Origin: Patescibacteria group bacterium
GTDB taxonomy: Bacteria; Patescibacteriota; Patescibacteriia; UBA10025; JAHIVO01
DNA length: 64,000 nt
Direction of reading: 5' to 3'
Assembly (NCBI GenBank): GCA_041650915.1
Contig: JBAZKE010000001.1
Location: 446,136 to 510,135 of the forward strand
Shown piece after piece: positions 9,483 through 19,063 of this stretch. The translations under genes and the position numbers were made by a program. The notes under the pieces are model-generated. The model did no database searches, was not told the origin of the DNA, and saw nothing but the letters and a program-made list of their open reading frames with translations. Position 1 is the stretch's first letter. Each line of letters opens with the position of its first letter.

Positions 9483-11465
9483 ATGAAACGAGCACTGAAG
9501 GTCATTATTCCAGTAGCGTGCTGTGTGTTGCTCGGAGGATTTGCCATGCACGCCCATTCGGTTGCTGCCCAGGATGCTGACTCGCCTGTTGTCACTATCT
9601 ACGATCCGTACTATCGTCTCCAAGCTGATACCGTAACGCTCGGCGTCCAGCTGCACACCAATGAGAATACGACGGCACTGCTTGAGTACGGCACCGCTGC
9701 TGGCCAGTATGCGGATAGCGTCGAGCTGACCGGGGAGTCATCTGATCACAGCTTCATCGTCGAGGGATTGGCGTATGAGCAGACGTACTATTTCAGGGGT
9801 ACGGTGACTGATACGTTCGGCCATACGGCGGAATCGGGTGAGGTGAGCGTTTCTATACCAAAGCGAGGAATGCACATAGAAAATATTGAGTTACTTGATG
9901 CCGGCCATGAGTCGGCTCTCATCCGGATCGAAATGAGCAAGCGGGGGTACGTCCAGGTGCAGTATGGTTCGGATTCCGGCACCTTACCGAATGTCGTGAC
10001 GTCGAACGGCGGCATCGGCGGCGATACGGAGCACATAGTTACGATACGAAATTTACATTCCAACACGGCATATTACTATACCGTTACCGCTGCCATTAAA
10101 GAATGGGATTCTATAATGTATCCGATTGAAGAGGATCAAAGCGATTTTTCCGATGAGCGTACTTTTACGACTACTGGCGAGCCGGCTATCTCAAGCATCA
10201 GTCCGCAGGGCGGCCCGGAAGGCACGGTACTTGTCCTGTCCGGTACAAACCTGGGCAGCGGTACATCGCCCGTCGATCGCGCTGTCACCGTTGGGTGCGA
10301 TGCGGTAGTACGACGCGACTGTCCGGTAATGGATATAATCTCGTGGACTGACAGTGAGATCAAAGTACGGACAACGAACGGAGCGCAAGCAGGGCCAGTT
10401 TTCGTTTATCAGGGGCTTCATTTCAATGATCCGATACGGCCGTTTATCGATCTGATTGCATACGAGGGGCCAACTTTTATGCCTACAGACGAGCAGGCTG
10501 CTGTCGGTTCGGTTCTTACGGAAGCCTACGGATGCGTAGTTTCAACGGGCGCACGCGGCAACAACACGATCGAAGTGCCGAATCTATTTGCGGTCGGCAG
10601 CGAAACGGATGCGTACCTCGGGCAGGTGTACGATGCGTACTTCGGCGCATGGGGCAGGCACCCCCGCTGTACAGAGCTGCAGTTCCACCTCGACCACGCA
10701 ACGCCGATAGACCGATTGCTCCGCTGGCTCCAAGAAGAGACTATCACCGAGAAGTACGGCTGTGTTTTTTCTTCAACCGAAGCGGGTGAAGCGAGCATAC
10801 GCATCGGGAGCGGAGTGACGCTCGGCAGCGAAACGGATGCGTACCTCGGGCAGGTGTACGATGCGTACTTCGGCGCATGGGGCAGGCACCCCCGCTGTAC
10901 AGAGCTGCAGTTCCACCTCGACCACGCAACGCCGATCGATCGGCTGACGTCCTGGCTGCAGCACAATGCTCAGATCGTACAGAGCGAAGATCCGCGGACA
11001 ACGGATGATGTCATCGGTACGAGGATCGCTTTTAGACAAGACAACGAAAACGTCGCCGTGGAGCATGGCCAGAGTTCGCTTATATTCTCGGAACATGAAA
11101 AAATTACCTTGACCGGCACCGCTACTCCAAACTCAATAATTATCCTCACCATTGCGAGTAATTCGCCAATCATGGCGACGACGCGGAGCGGGGCTAATGG
11201 GTTGTGGATCTATGCCCTCGATGGACCTCTTGAGCCGGGTGCCCATACGGTGCAATTGGCAGTAACTGACGCATCGGGCACGATAATTGCAGCGAGCGAT
11301 ATCGTTGATTTCACCGTATTAAAAAGCATTGAAGCGGGAGATTCCGGGGCTCAGGGCGGCATTGTAGGATTTTCTGTTGCGGCGTGGGCCGCTCTTATCA
11401 TAGGGGCGGTACTGTGTGCGGCGCTTATAGCAGCGCAGAGCAGAAAAAACGCGGTCCGAAAATAG
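9483..11465 (+). CDS. cell-surface protein with an IPT/TIG-like domain, an internal duplicated module and a C-terminal TM anchor
   Basis: Signal peptide. IPT/TIG-like stretch (PAISSISPQGGPEGTVLVLSGTNLGSG). Duplicated module GSETDAYLGQVYDAYFGAWGRHPRCTELQFHLDHATPIDRL. C-terminal hydrophobic anchor followed by KNAVRK. Confidence 0.5.
   Translation: MKRALKVIIPVACCVLLGGFAMHAHSVAAQDADSPVVTIYDPYYRLQADTVTLGVQLHTNENTTALLEYGTAAGQYADSVELTGESSDHSFIVEGLAYEQTYYFRGTVTDTFGHTAESGEVSVSIPKRGMHIENIELLDAGHESALIRIEMSKRGYVQVQYGSDSGTLPNVVTSNGGIGGDTEHIVTIRNLHSNTAYYYTVTAAIKEWDSIMYPIEEDQSDFSDERTFTTTGEPAISSISPQGGPEGTVLVLSGTNLGSGTSPVDRAVTVGCDAVVRRDCPVMDIISWTDSEIKVRTTNGAQAGPVFVYQGLHFNDPIRPFIDLIAYEGPTFMPTDEQAAVGSVLTEAYGCVVSTGARGNNTIEVPNLFAVGSETDAYLGQVYDAYFGAWGRHPRCTELQFHLDHATPIDRLLRWLQEETITEKYGCVFSSTEAGEASIRIGSGVTLGSETDAYLGQVYDAYFGAWGRHPRCTELQFHLDHATPIDRLTSWLQHNAQIVQSEDPRTTDDVIGTRIAFRQDNENVAVEHGQSSLIFSEHEKITLTGTATPNSIIILTIASNSPIMATTRSGANGLWIYALDGPLEPGAHTVQLAVTDASGTIIAASDIVDFTVLKSIEAGDSGAQGGIVGFSVAAWAALIIGAVLCAALIAAQSRKNAVRK
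10595..10937 (+). repeat. perfect 115-bp direct repeat (copies 10595..10709 and 10823..10937) inside the surface protein gene
   Basis: Two nucleotide-identical 115-bp segments separated by 113 bp. The flanking codons have diverged. Confidence 0.8.
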
Positions 11466-11566
11466 TCGTTCAAAACAAAAGTCTGGGCTTCATATGAGGG
11501 CCCCGCTTACGCGCTAGTTTTTAATGTGATTCATTGTAATTGACAGTCTGAGGCAATTGTGTTATC

Positions 11567-12019
11567 GTGAATGCACTCTTTATTTTTAGCCGCAGTGTTG
11601 TGCAACAAAAAGAACCATACTTCAAACGGCTGCTCCGGTCGCGGGTTGTCATCGTAGCTGAAATCGTTTTACTTGCGATTCTCGGCACTGCTTTGGCAAA
11701 AGAAATCGTACGGAAGTACCAGGTTGAGGGTGAAATTAAAAAACTGGAAGAAAGGACAGCCGAACTCAAGCAGCAAAATCTTGAGCTCTCCGAACTCGTA
11801 GAGTACTTTGGCGAAGATTCGTATAAGGAAGAACAAGCCCGCTTGAAGCTCGGTTTGCAAAAACCCGGCGAATCAGTGGTTGCAGTGCTCGGTGCAGAGA
11901 CTCAGGGTGGCGAGGATGAGGCAATTGCGGTTCAGACGGCTACGCTCGCGGGTACCGCCGATGAGACTAATCCTCAGCGCTGGTGGTATTATTTTTTTAA
12001 AACAGAACGTGAAAGTTAA
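11567..12019 (+). CDS. septum formation initiator family protein (FtsB/DivIC-like)
   Basis: Single TM (VVIVAEIVLLAILGTALA), a coiled coil (EGEIKKLEERTAELKQQNLELSELVE), and the conserved ARLKLGLQKPGE motif. Confidence 0.55.
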   Translation: MNALFIFSRSVVQQKEPYFKRLLRSRVVIVAEIVLLAILGTALAKEIVRKYQVEGEIKKLEERTAELKQQNLELSELVEYFGEDSYKEEQARLKLGLQKPGESVVAVLGAETQGGEDEAIAVQTATLAGTADETNPQRWWYYFFKTERES

Positions 12020-12070
12020 TGTTTAACTTCGCGTACTAGATACTATACGAAAAGTAACTGATACGAATTT

Positions 12071-13291
12071 ATGGTACATGAAAAAAAAGAGGAAAAAGAA
12101 GAAAAAAAAGAAAACGGGGCGAGTAATACGGGCCATTTTGGCACGAGCGTGCAAGACGAAAAGGATCACAAAGCGCCGGCTGGATTGCCGGGCACGCTGC
12201 CTGTTGACGGGCAGAAAAAAAAGAAAAAGTCAGGGATCGGTACGAAACTCGTGTGGGGTCTATTGATTACAGTAGTCGTGATCGCCGTTGCCTTTCTCGC
12301 CGTAGTCGGCATCGGCATCTACAAGTATGGATGGACGAATAGCTTCATTGATAAGACGGTCAGCATCATCCCATTTCCGGCGGCACTCGTGGACGGCAAC
12401 ATGATCCGGTACGATACGTACCAGGCGGATTTGGATACGCTCGACTTTTTCTATAACTCCCAAGCAGCCCAGGGGACTACGACGGCCCAGCGTCCGAGCG
12501 ATTCGTACATTGAGAAGAGCGTGCTCTCGCGGCTAATCCAGGAGCACTTTATCAGCGATGCGGCCCGGCAGTTTTCTCTGAACGTCACCGATGAGGAGAT
12601 CGACCAGCAGTACAACGCGGTCGTCCAGGAAGCCGGGACGGTAGCTGAGCTCGAGTCGACGCTCAAGGAACTGTATGATTGGTCGTCTGATCAGTTCAAA
12701 CAAAAAATAATTTTACCGTACATGGAGCGCGTCAAGCTTCAAACCTATATAGCATCCAATGCAGAGATCAATGCCGAGAAACGCGCTCTCGCTGATGAGG
12801 TTCTGCAGCTCGTACGAGCGGGTGAAGAAGGCGAGAACAGCGAGACTTCTTTTGCAGATTTAGCACAGCAGTACAGCGCAGATTCCACCGCGGCAAACGG
12901 CGGTGATCTTGGCTTTTTCGGACGCGGCGTGATGGTGCAGCAGTTTGAGGATGCAGCCTTCGCTCTCGAAGTTGGTGAAGTTTCCGATGTCGTGACGACA
13001 CAGTACGGGTACCATATCATTAAGCTCCTCGAAGTGACCGAGAATGAGGAAGAAGGCGAGCAGCGGCGGGCAGCTCATATCCTGATACCGGTTGTGCAGG
13101 TTGATGAATGGATGGAGAGCGAACTGGCAGACAGAAAAGTCCGGATTTTTGAATCAGGGCTCGTGTGGAACAATGAGTGCGGCCTTGTTCTCGGAAGTTC
13201 CGAGACGTGCGATTCAAACGAACTCGTTGATTTCGCAGCTCAAGCCCAGCTTCCCGTTGAAGACCTGTCGGGCAGTACTGCCGGAGAATAA
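12071..13291 (+). CDS. peptidylprolyl isomerase, PpiC/parvulin type (SurA/PrsA-like), with a K/E-rich N-terminus
   Basis: Parvulin domain: AAHILIP...GGDLGFFGRGVMVQQFEDAAFALEVGEVSDVVTTQYGYHIIKL. Single TM after a low-complexity K/E start. Confidence 0.7.
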   Translation: MVHEKKEEKEEKKENGASNTGHFGTSVQDEKDHKAPAGLPGTLPVDGQKKKKKSGIGTKLVWGLLITVVVIAVAFLAVVGIGIYKYGWTNSFIDKTVSIIPFPAALVDGNMIRYDTYQADLDTLDFFYNSQAAQGTTTAQRPSDSYIEKSVLSRLIQEHFISDAARQFSLNVTDEEIDQQYNAVVQEAGTVAELESTLKELYDWSSDQFKQKIILPYMERVKLQTYIASNAEINAEKRALADEVLQLVRAGEEGENSETSFADLAQQYSADSTAANGGDLGFFGRGVMVQQFEDAAFALEVGEVSDVVTTQYGYHIIKLLEVTENEEEGEQRRAAHILIPVVQVDEWMESELADRKVRIFESGLVWNNECGLVLGSSETCDSNELVDFAAQAQLPVEDLSGSTAGE

Positions 13292-13361
13292 GCTTTTTAT
13301 CTGTACGGCAGTACCTAAAAAGCATACTCTTTTATAGTATTGCTCTCTTGAGAGGATTTCC

Positions 13362-13436
13362 GGAGCCACCTCCCGGGATCGAACCGGGGACCTCTGCTTT
13401 ACGAAAGCATTGCTCTACCAGCTGAGCTAAGGTGGC
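13362..13436 (-). tRNA. tRNA-Thr (anticodon CGT)
   Basis: Cloverleaf resolved by hand. Acceptor GCCACCT/AGGTGGC, D-arm GCTCAGCTGGTAGAGC, anticodon loop TTCGTAA, T-arm CCCGGTTCGATCCCGGG. CC but no A is encoded. Confidence 0.8.
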
Positions 13437-13442
13437 GCGAGA

Positions 13443-13513
13443 AGCGGGTAACGGGAGTCGAACCCGTACTTCAACCTTGGGAAGGTCGCGTACTACCGCT
13501 ATACTATACCCGC
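13443..13513 (-). tRNA. tRNA-Gly (anticodon CCC)
   Basis: Acceptor GCGGGTA/TACCCGC, anticodon stem CGACC/GGTTG with loop TTCCCAA, T-arm ACGGGTTCGACTCCCGT. It lies 6 nt from tRNA-Thr. Confidence 0.8.
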
Positions 13514-13616
13514 ACGTCTACATGGCGCTTCAGGTTCCGCTTCCCCCGCAGTGCGGGGTTAACTCCACCTTCCGCGCCATTTCTCCTTTCCTCGCCCCGC
13601 AAAGCGGGGCTCGGGG

Positions 13617-15221
13617 ATGAAAGATGATAAATCTACTATGGTACGATATTCCAAAATACTGCTTTTGTCAATCGCCGTGTTCACCGGTGTACTCTTGGCG
13701 TATCCTGCTGACGCTGAAACGGAAGGCCGGCTCTGGCTGAATTTTACTGACGAAGCAATCCGCCGGGGGTATACGGCTGAATTTCAAAAAGCGGATGGCG
13801 CTGCCTGGGGTGATTTCCGGCTCGCCATCGTGCCGGACTTGGTTAATGAGCGGATTGATCTCGAGATGAAGGAGTTTAGCGGCAGTTATTTGCCGACTCC
13901 GGACGGGCTGGCGCTAGTCAGTGATTATTATATTTATGATATCCTGCGGGAAGACCAGGCAAACAAAGAACCGCTGGTTTTGACTAAGCCGTTCGTTCTT
14001 GCAATAAAATTTGATTCGGATACGTATTTCCGCAAGAAGATTTATTTTTGGGTAGAGCCGTTGCGCCAGTGGCGCGAGCTTCCGTCTTCGGTTGATTATG
14101 AGAATCGGTATGTCAGGGCTTATTCGCATCTCCCATTTTCCCGCATTGCCGTTTTTGAGGATCCATCCGAGCTTGAGGGCAAAGCGAGCTGGTTCCGTTC
14201 GAGCCGCGTAACGTACGGAGCTGCGAGCAATAACTACCCGATTGGGACGATGCTCAGGGTCCGTAACGTCGATAACAATAAATCCGTTGACGTTGAGGTG
14301 ATTTCAACCGGACCATTCGATGCGAATCGCGTTATCGACCTTACCCTGCCGGCCTTTCAACAGATCGAAGAAAGCTGGAAGGGCCTTGCCAGGGTACAGG
14401 CGTGGCCGCTCGAGAAGGAGGTACAGGTGCTCGGCATTGATACGATTGCGGCAGAGCCGGCTGCAACCGTTTCTGAGCCGCATCCAGCTTCAACCGCCGT
14501 CATTGCAATAAGCGAGGAAACCGGCGAAATTATCTATTCGAAGAATTACGATACCGTCCTCCCGATCGCGAGCATCACCAAGCTTATGACTGCTGCGATT
14601 TTTCTGGATACCGGGACGCCGTTTGACAAGGTCATTGCGTATGAAGCGGGGGATAGCGCGATCGGTTCCAAGCTGTACGTGAGCCCCGGCGAAACCATGA
14701 CGGTCAAGGACGTGTACTATACGATGCTCGTCGGCTCTGCGAATAATGCCGCGAACATGCTCGCCCGTTCAACCGGCCTCTCGAGGGAAGCATTCGTGCA
14801 GAAGATGAACGAGAAAGCGGCAGCATGGGGACTCGAACATACGCATTTTGTAGACGTAAGCGGGCTCGATCCGCAAAACGTTTCGACGGTATACGAAGTC
14901 GCTCAGATGGCGAAGCGCGTCCTGTCCGATTTCCGCGTACTGCAGGGTACGACCACATGGTCATACAGCTTTACGACGATCAATTCCGAGAAGCCCCATA
15001 CGATTAATAATACTGCCGAGGAATTCCAGGGAAGCGAATTGTATATCGCCGGCATGAAGACGGGGTACCTCGATGAGGCGGGATACTGTTTCATGCTCAA
15101 GGCGCGGGCAGACCGCAGCAGCACAAACCATGCGATTACCGTTGTTCTCGGTGCTGGCAGCAAAACCCAGCGCAACAGCGAAACGAACGATCTGATGAAC
15201 TTTGCACTGGAAAAAATATAA
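13617..15221 (+). CDS. fusion protein: RlpA-like DPBB domain plus serine-type D-Ala-D-Ala carboxypeptidase (PBP5/S11 family)
   Basis: Signal peptide. Central DPBB stretch ASWFRSSRVTYGAASNNYPIGTMLRVRNVDNNKSVDVEVISTGPFDANRVIDLTLPAF matches the RlpA consensus. The C-terminal half carries SxxK (ASITK), SxN (SANN) and KTG. Confidence 0.75.
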   Translation: MKDDKSTMVRYSKILLLSIAVFTGVLLAYPADAETEGRLWLNFTDEAIRRGYTAEFQKADGAAWGDFRLAIVPDLVNERIDLEMKEFSGSYLPTPDGLALVSDYYIYDILREDQANKEPLVLTKPFVLAIKFDSDTYFRKKIYFWVEPLRQWRELPSSVDYENRYVRAYSHLPFSRIAVFEDPSELEGKASWFRSSRVTYGAASNNYPIGTMLRVRNVDNNKSVDVEVISTGPFDANRVIDLTLPAFQQIEESWKGLARVQAWPLEKEVQVLGIDTIAAEPAATVSEPHPASTAVIAISEETGEIIYSKNYDTVLPIASITKLMTAAIFLDTGTPFDKVIAYEAGDSAIGSKLYVSPGETMTVKDVYYTMLVGSANNAANMLARSTGLSREAFVQKMNEKAAAWGLEHTHFVDVSGLDPQNVSTVYEVAQMAKRVLSDFRVLQGTTTWSYSFTTINSEKPHTINNTAEEFQGSELYIAGMKTGYLDEAGYCFMLKARADRSSTNHAITVVLGAGSKTQRNSETNDLMNFALEKI

Positions 15222-15225
15222 ACAA

Positions 15226-15897
15226 ATGCCACTGATTGAAATCATCGATCTGAATAAAACGTACGGCCAGGGTGAGGCAAACGAATTTCGTGCACTCCAC
15301 GGCATCAATATGAAGGTGGAGAAAGGGGAATTTGTTGCGATTATGGGTGTTTCTGGATCTGGAAAATCAACCCTCATGAATATCATTGGTTGTCTGGACC
15401 GGCCGACTTCGGGTATCTACAAGCTTGAGGAAGAAGAAGTCGGGCAGAAATCCTCGAGGGAGCTCGTTAAGATACGCCGCAATAAGATCGGTTTTATTTT
15501 CCAAAATTTTAACCTGCTGCCGCGCACCCAGGCAGTAACGAATGTTGAATTACCGCTTGTGTACAAGGGGATCCGCCCCAAAGCACGGAGAGAAAAGGCA
15601 AAGAAGATGCTTAAAGAAGTCGGGCTCGAAAGCCGCGTACGGCACCGTCCGAACATGCTCTCGGGTGGAGAGCAGCAGCGGGTCGCGATAGCACGTGCAC
15701 TTGTCAATGAGCCGACCGTCCTTCTCGCAGACGAGCCGACCGGAAACCTCGACACGAAGAGCGGAAAGCAGGTTATGGACATCCTCGTAGCTCTGCATAA
15801 GAGCGGTACGACGATTATTCTGGTAACGCACGATGCCTCGATTGCCGAGTATGCTGACAGGGTGGTGCGGATAAACGACGGCATGATCCAAACGTAA
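15226..15897 (+). CDS. ABC transporter ATP-binding protein (MacB/LolD-like)
   Basis: Start moved to Met9 (ATG 15226, just after the upstream stop). Walker A GVSGSGKST, LSGGEQQRVAIARAL, LLADEPTGNLD. Confidence 0.85.
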   Translation: MPLIEIIDLNKTYGQGEANEFRALHGINMKVEKGEFVAIMGVSGSGKSTLMNIIGCLDRPTSGIYKLEEEEVGQKSSRELVKIRRNKIGFIFQNFNLLPRTQAVTNVELPLVYKGIRPKARREKAKKMLKEVGLESRVRHRPNMLSGGEQQRVAIARALVNEPTVLLADEPTGNLDTKSGKQVMDILVALHKSGTTIILVTHDASIAEYADRVVRINDGMIQT

Positions 15898-15900
15898 GCT

Positions 15901-17205
15901 ATGTATAAATTTTTTGAAAATATTAAGCTCGCCGTCAAGGCCATTTGGAGCAAAAAGATACGCTCTTTCTTGACGATGCTCGGGGTGATCATCGGCGTTT
16001 TTTCTATCGTACTCTTGATCGGCATCGGGGAAGGAGTCAAGAGCGAGGTGACCAGCCAGGTTGAGGGTCTCGGGTCAAACATTATCATGATACTGCCCGG
16101 TTCCGGCGGGATGTCAGGCGCTTCAATGATGGCCGGCGGTTCGTTTTCAACTGAAGACGTTGAAACGATTGAGACGGTCGAAAATATTGAATACGTAATT
16201 CCGATGGCAATCGTGCCGCTCCCGGTCGCTCTCACCGCTCCCGTGGCGCCATCAGCTCAGGCAGGCTCCGCTGAAGTTCCCGATACTTCTTCCGATCTTG
16301 CCGATTTAATGGCGCAAGCCCAGCAGCAGGTCATGGCTATCGGCAGTACCCAGCAGCTGAAAGCCGCGTTCGAGGGATCTGAAATTTCTTCTGGAAAATC
16401 GTACGGAAGGATGTTTACCGAAGAGGAGTATGACAGTGCAGCCCGCGTAGTTTCATTGCAGTACGGCGCTGTCGCTCAGCTGTTTCCTCAAGAATCGGCC
16501 GAAAACGTTATCGGCAGGACTATTTACATCGGCAAAGAAGCATTTGAGGTTGTGGGTGCGCAAGAGGTGAAAGAAACGAACAGTATCATGGAAGACCCGA
16601 CTATGACAAATATGATTTTTCTGCCGATAACTGCCGCGCAAGAGTTGACAGGCGAGCTGAGCATTACGCAAATCGTAGTGACCGTTACTGAACCGGATTA
16701 TGTTAGTACGGTGCAGGATAATATTCGGCTGGCGCTGCTCGAGAGCCACGACGGGGTCGAGGATTTTACTATAACGAATCAGGAAGAAATTTTGAGCATG
16801 TTCGACCAAATTTTAAGCGTGCTGACGACCATGCTGGGCGGCATTGCGGCAATTTCACTGCTCGTCGGCGGCATCGGCGTGATGAACATCATGCTCGTCT
16901 CAGTCACCGAGCGGACAAAAGAGATTGGCCTCCGTAAGGCTATCGGCGCGTCTGGAGCGGATATCCTCGTCCAGTTTCTCGTGGAAGCGGTATTTCTCAC
17001 CTTTTTGGGAGGAGCGATCGGAATCGGTTTGGCGTACGTTGGCGGATCGATCATGGATGCCCAGTGGGGCCTCACAGCCAAAATAACAGTTCAATCGGTG
17101 CTGCTTGCGTTTTCTTTCACGACGCTCATCGGAATTTTTTTCGGCGTAGCGCCTGCAATCCGCGCAGCTCGACTAGATCCCATAGATGCGCTAAAATACG
17201 AATAG
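15901..17205 (+). CDS. ABC transporter permease, FtsX/MacB-like
   Basis: N-terminal TM, a periplasmic domain, and a C-terminal FtsX-type module (RKAIGASGADILVQFLVEAVFLTFLGGAIGIGLAY). Confidence 0.75.
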   Translation: MYKFFENIKLAVKAIWSKKIRSFLTMLGVIIGVFSIVLLIGIGEGVKSEVTSQVEGLGSNIIMILPGSGGMSGASMMAGGSFSTEDVETIETVENIEYVIPMAIVPLPVALTAPVAPSAQAGSAEVPDTSSDLADLMAQAQQQVMAIGSTQQLKAAFEGSEISSGKSYGRMFTEEEYDSAARVVSLQYGAVAQLFPQESAENVIGRTIYIGKEAFEVVGAQEVKETNSIMEDPTMTNMIFLPITAAQELTGELSITQIVVTVTEPDYVSTVQDNIRLALLESHDGVEDFTITNQEEILSMFDQILSVLTTMLGGIAAISLLVGGIGVMNIMLVSVTERTKEIGLRKAIGASGADILVQFLVEAVFLTFLGGAIGIGLAYVGGSIMDAQWGLTAKITVQSVLLAFSFTTLIGIFFGVAPAIRAARLDPIDALKYE

Positions 17206-17218
17206 GAGGCGCCAGAGC

Positions 17219-17899
17219 ATGATTCGATTTAAAAACGTTTCAAAAGTATACGGGGGGGATACGTACGCCCTTAAGAACGTCAACCTGCATATCAAGCCGG
17301 GTGAGTTTGTTTCAATCGTCGGGCAGTCGGGGACCGGTAAAACGACGCTCATCCGCCTTATCATCGCAGAAGAGCGCCCGACCAAGGGTAGGGTAATTAT
17401 CGGCGATTGGGACATAACCGCCATCAAGCCGCGTGAAATTCCGATACTGCGGCGGCAGATCGGCGTCGTATTCCAGGATTTCAAGCTGCTGCCGAAGAAA
17501 ACTGTTTTTGAGAATGCGGCGTTTGGGCTTGAAATCGCAGGCATCAGCCAGAAGCGCATGCACGAGGTCGTACCCCAGGTGCTTAAAATTGTCGGGCTCG
17601 AGAAGAAGGTGCGCCGTTTTCCGACGCAGCTCTCCGGAGGTGAGCAGCAGCGCACGGTGATCGCGAGGGCGCTCGTGCACCGGCCGAAGATACTCGTCGC
17701 GGACGAGCCGACCGGCAACCTCGACTCGATCAATTCACAGGAAATTATTTCCCTGCTTAAGAAGATTAACGAATTTGGAACTACGGTTGTCCTCGTTACG
17801 CACAACCGCGAGATTGTAAACTCGCTGCGGAAGCGTGTCGTAACGATTGAACACGGTACGATAGTTTCCGATCAGGCGAGCGGTAAGTATATCCTCTAG
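17219..17899 (+). CDS. ftsE: cell division ATP-binding protein FtsE
   Basis: IRFKNVSKVYGG...GQSGTGKTTLIRLI, LSGGEQQRTVIARAL, LVADEPTGNLD. It is followed directly by ftsX. Confidence 0.8.
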   Translation: MIRFKNVSKVYGGDTYALKNVNLHIKPGEFVSIVGQSGTGKTTLIRLIIAEERPTKGRVIIGDWDITAIKPREIPILRRQIGVVFQDFKLLPKKTVFENAAFGLEIAGISQKRMHEVVPQVLKIVGLEKKVRRFPTQLSGGEQQRTVIARALVHRPKILVADEPTGNLDSINSQEIISLLKKINEFGTTVVLVTHNREIVNSLRKRVVTIEHGTIVSDQASGKYIL

Positions 17900-17902
17900 G
17901 CT

Positions 17903-18817
17903 ATGTTCGTATTTTTTTACCGTACATTCAAGTTTGCACTCCAGGGTTTCTTCCGGAACATATGGCTCTCGATCGTCACGATAATTATCCTCGTACTGAC
18001 GCTTTTTTCGGTAACGCTCGTGTATGGCATCAGCATTGTCGCAGACCAGGCTATCAATTCCGTTAAGGATAAAATTGATGTTTCCGTTTACCTCGACCCC
18101 GATGCTTCTGAGGAAGATATCCTCAGTTTGCGTTATCGGCTTGAAGAACTTTCGCAGGTGAAGGCAGTAACGTATATTTCTGAGGACGAGGCGCTCGAGC
18201 TCTTTAAGCAGAACCATGCCGGTGATCCGATTATTCTCGAGTCGCTCAGTCAGCTCGAATCGAATCCGCTCGGCGTCACGCTGGTCGTGCAGGCGAACGA
18301 TATCGAGGATTACCCATCAATATTGTCACTGCTCGAGAGCGATACTTACAGCGAGCTCGTGCAGGACATGAGCTACGATGATAATGAGAAGGTGATCGAT
18401 AAGCTGACAACTTACGCAAACCGCATAGAACGGGTTGGCATCATTATCAGCAGCATTTTTGTCGTTATTGCGATACTCATCATCTTTAATACCATCCGGA
18501 TCAATATCTACACGCACCGTGAGGAGATTGGCATTATGAAACTCGTCGGCGGCACAAACTGGTTTGTACGGGCCCCGTTTCTCGTTGAAAGCCTTTTGTA
18601 TGCCGTGTTTGCCGTTATTATCACCCTCGTTATACTGTATCCGCTTTTAAACGTCGTCGCTCCCCAGGTAGATATCTTTTTTGAGGGGTATGATTTTGAC
18701 CTCATCAGCTACGTCAGCACGCATCTGTGGCAAATCATTAGCTGGCAGCTTGGATGTGCAATCGTGCTGAGCATTCTGAGCTCCAGCATCGCCATAGGGC
18801 GTTACTTGAGGGTATAG
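17903..18817 (+). CDS. ftsX: cell division permease-like protein FtsX
   Basis: 304 aa. N-terminal TM, an extracytoplasmic domain, and 3 C-terminal TMs. Positioned after ftsE. Confidence 0.8.
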   Translation: MFVFFYRTFKFALQGFFRNIWLSIVTIIILVLTLFSVTLVYGISIVADQAINSVKDKIDVSVYLDPDASEEDILSLRYRLEELSQVKAVTYISEDEALELFKQNHAGDPIILESLSQLESNPLGVTLVVQANDIEDYPSILSLLESDTYSELVQDMSYDDNEKVIDKLTTYANRIERVGIIISSIFVVIAILIIFNTIRINIYTHREEIGIMKLVGGTNWFVRAPFLVESLLYAVFAVIITLVILYPLLNVVAPQVDIFFEGYDFDLISYVSTHLWQIISWQLGCAIVLSILSSSIAIGRYLRV

Positions 18818-18883
18818 TTGACACTCTTTTCGGTTACCTCTACCATAAGGGCGTCCGTATGAGTAGCTGCTGTATTCATCCGA

Positions 18884-18954
18884 TGCCGGATCGTCTAATG
18901 GTAGGACACAGGCCTTTGAAGCCTGGCATGTAGGTTCGATTCCTACTCCGGCAG
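18884..18954 (+). tRNA. tRNA-Gln (anticodon TTG)
   Basis: Acceptor TGCCGGA/TCCGGCA, anticodon stem CAGGC/GCCTG with loop CTTTGAA, T-arm GTAGGTTCGATTCCTAC. No CCA is encoded. Confidence 0.8.
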
Positions 18955-18995
18955 CATCAATGTCAATTTCAATGGTTCTCATAAGAAATGTTATC

Positions 18996-19033
18996 AGCGC
19001 AGCGTGCCGCATTGTGCCCGCGCTGTGTTTTTA
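18996..19033 (+). terminator. putative rho-independent terminator downstream of tRNA-Gln
   Basis: Hairpin CAGCGC...GCGCTG followed by TGTTTTT. Confidence 0.4.
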
Positions 19034-19063
19034 CATTCGCCGGGCTAATGGCGGAGGGCATAG

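Noticed and set aside
10526-11001. Several minus-strand ORFs (146, 85, 107 and 61 aa) with internally repeated peptides
   Set aside because: They are antisense to the duplicated region of the large surface-protein gene and their repeats simply mirror the 115-bp duplication. The sense gene has strong family-like features.
13432-13620. 62-aa plus-strand ORF
   Set aside because: It lies entirely over the two tRNA genes and their flanking GC-rich hairpins on the opposite strand.
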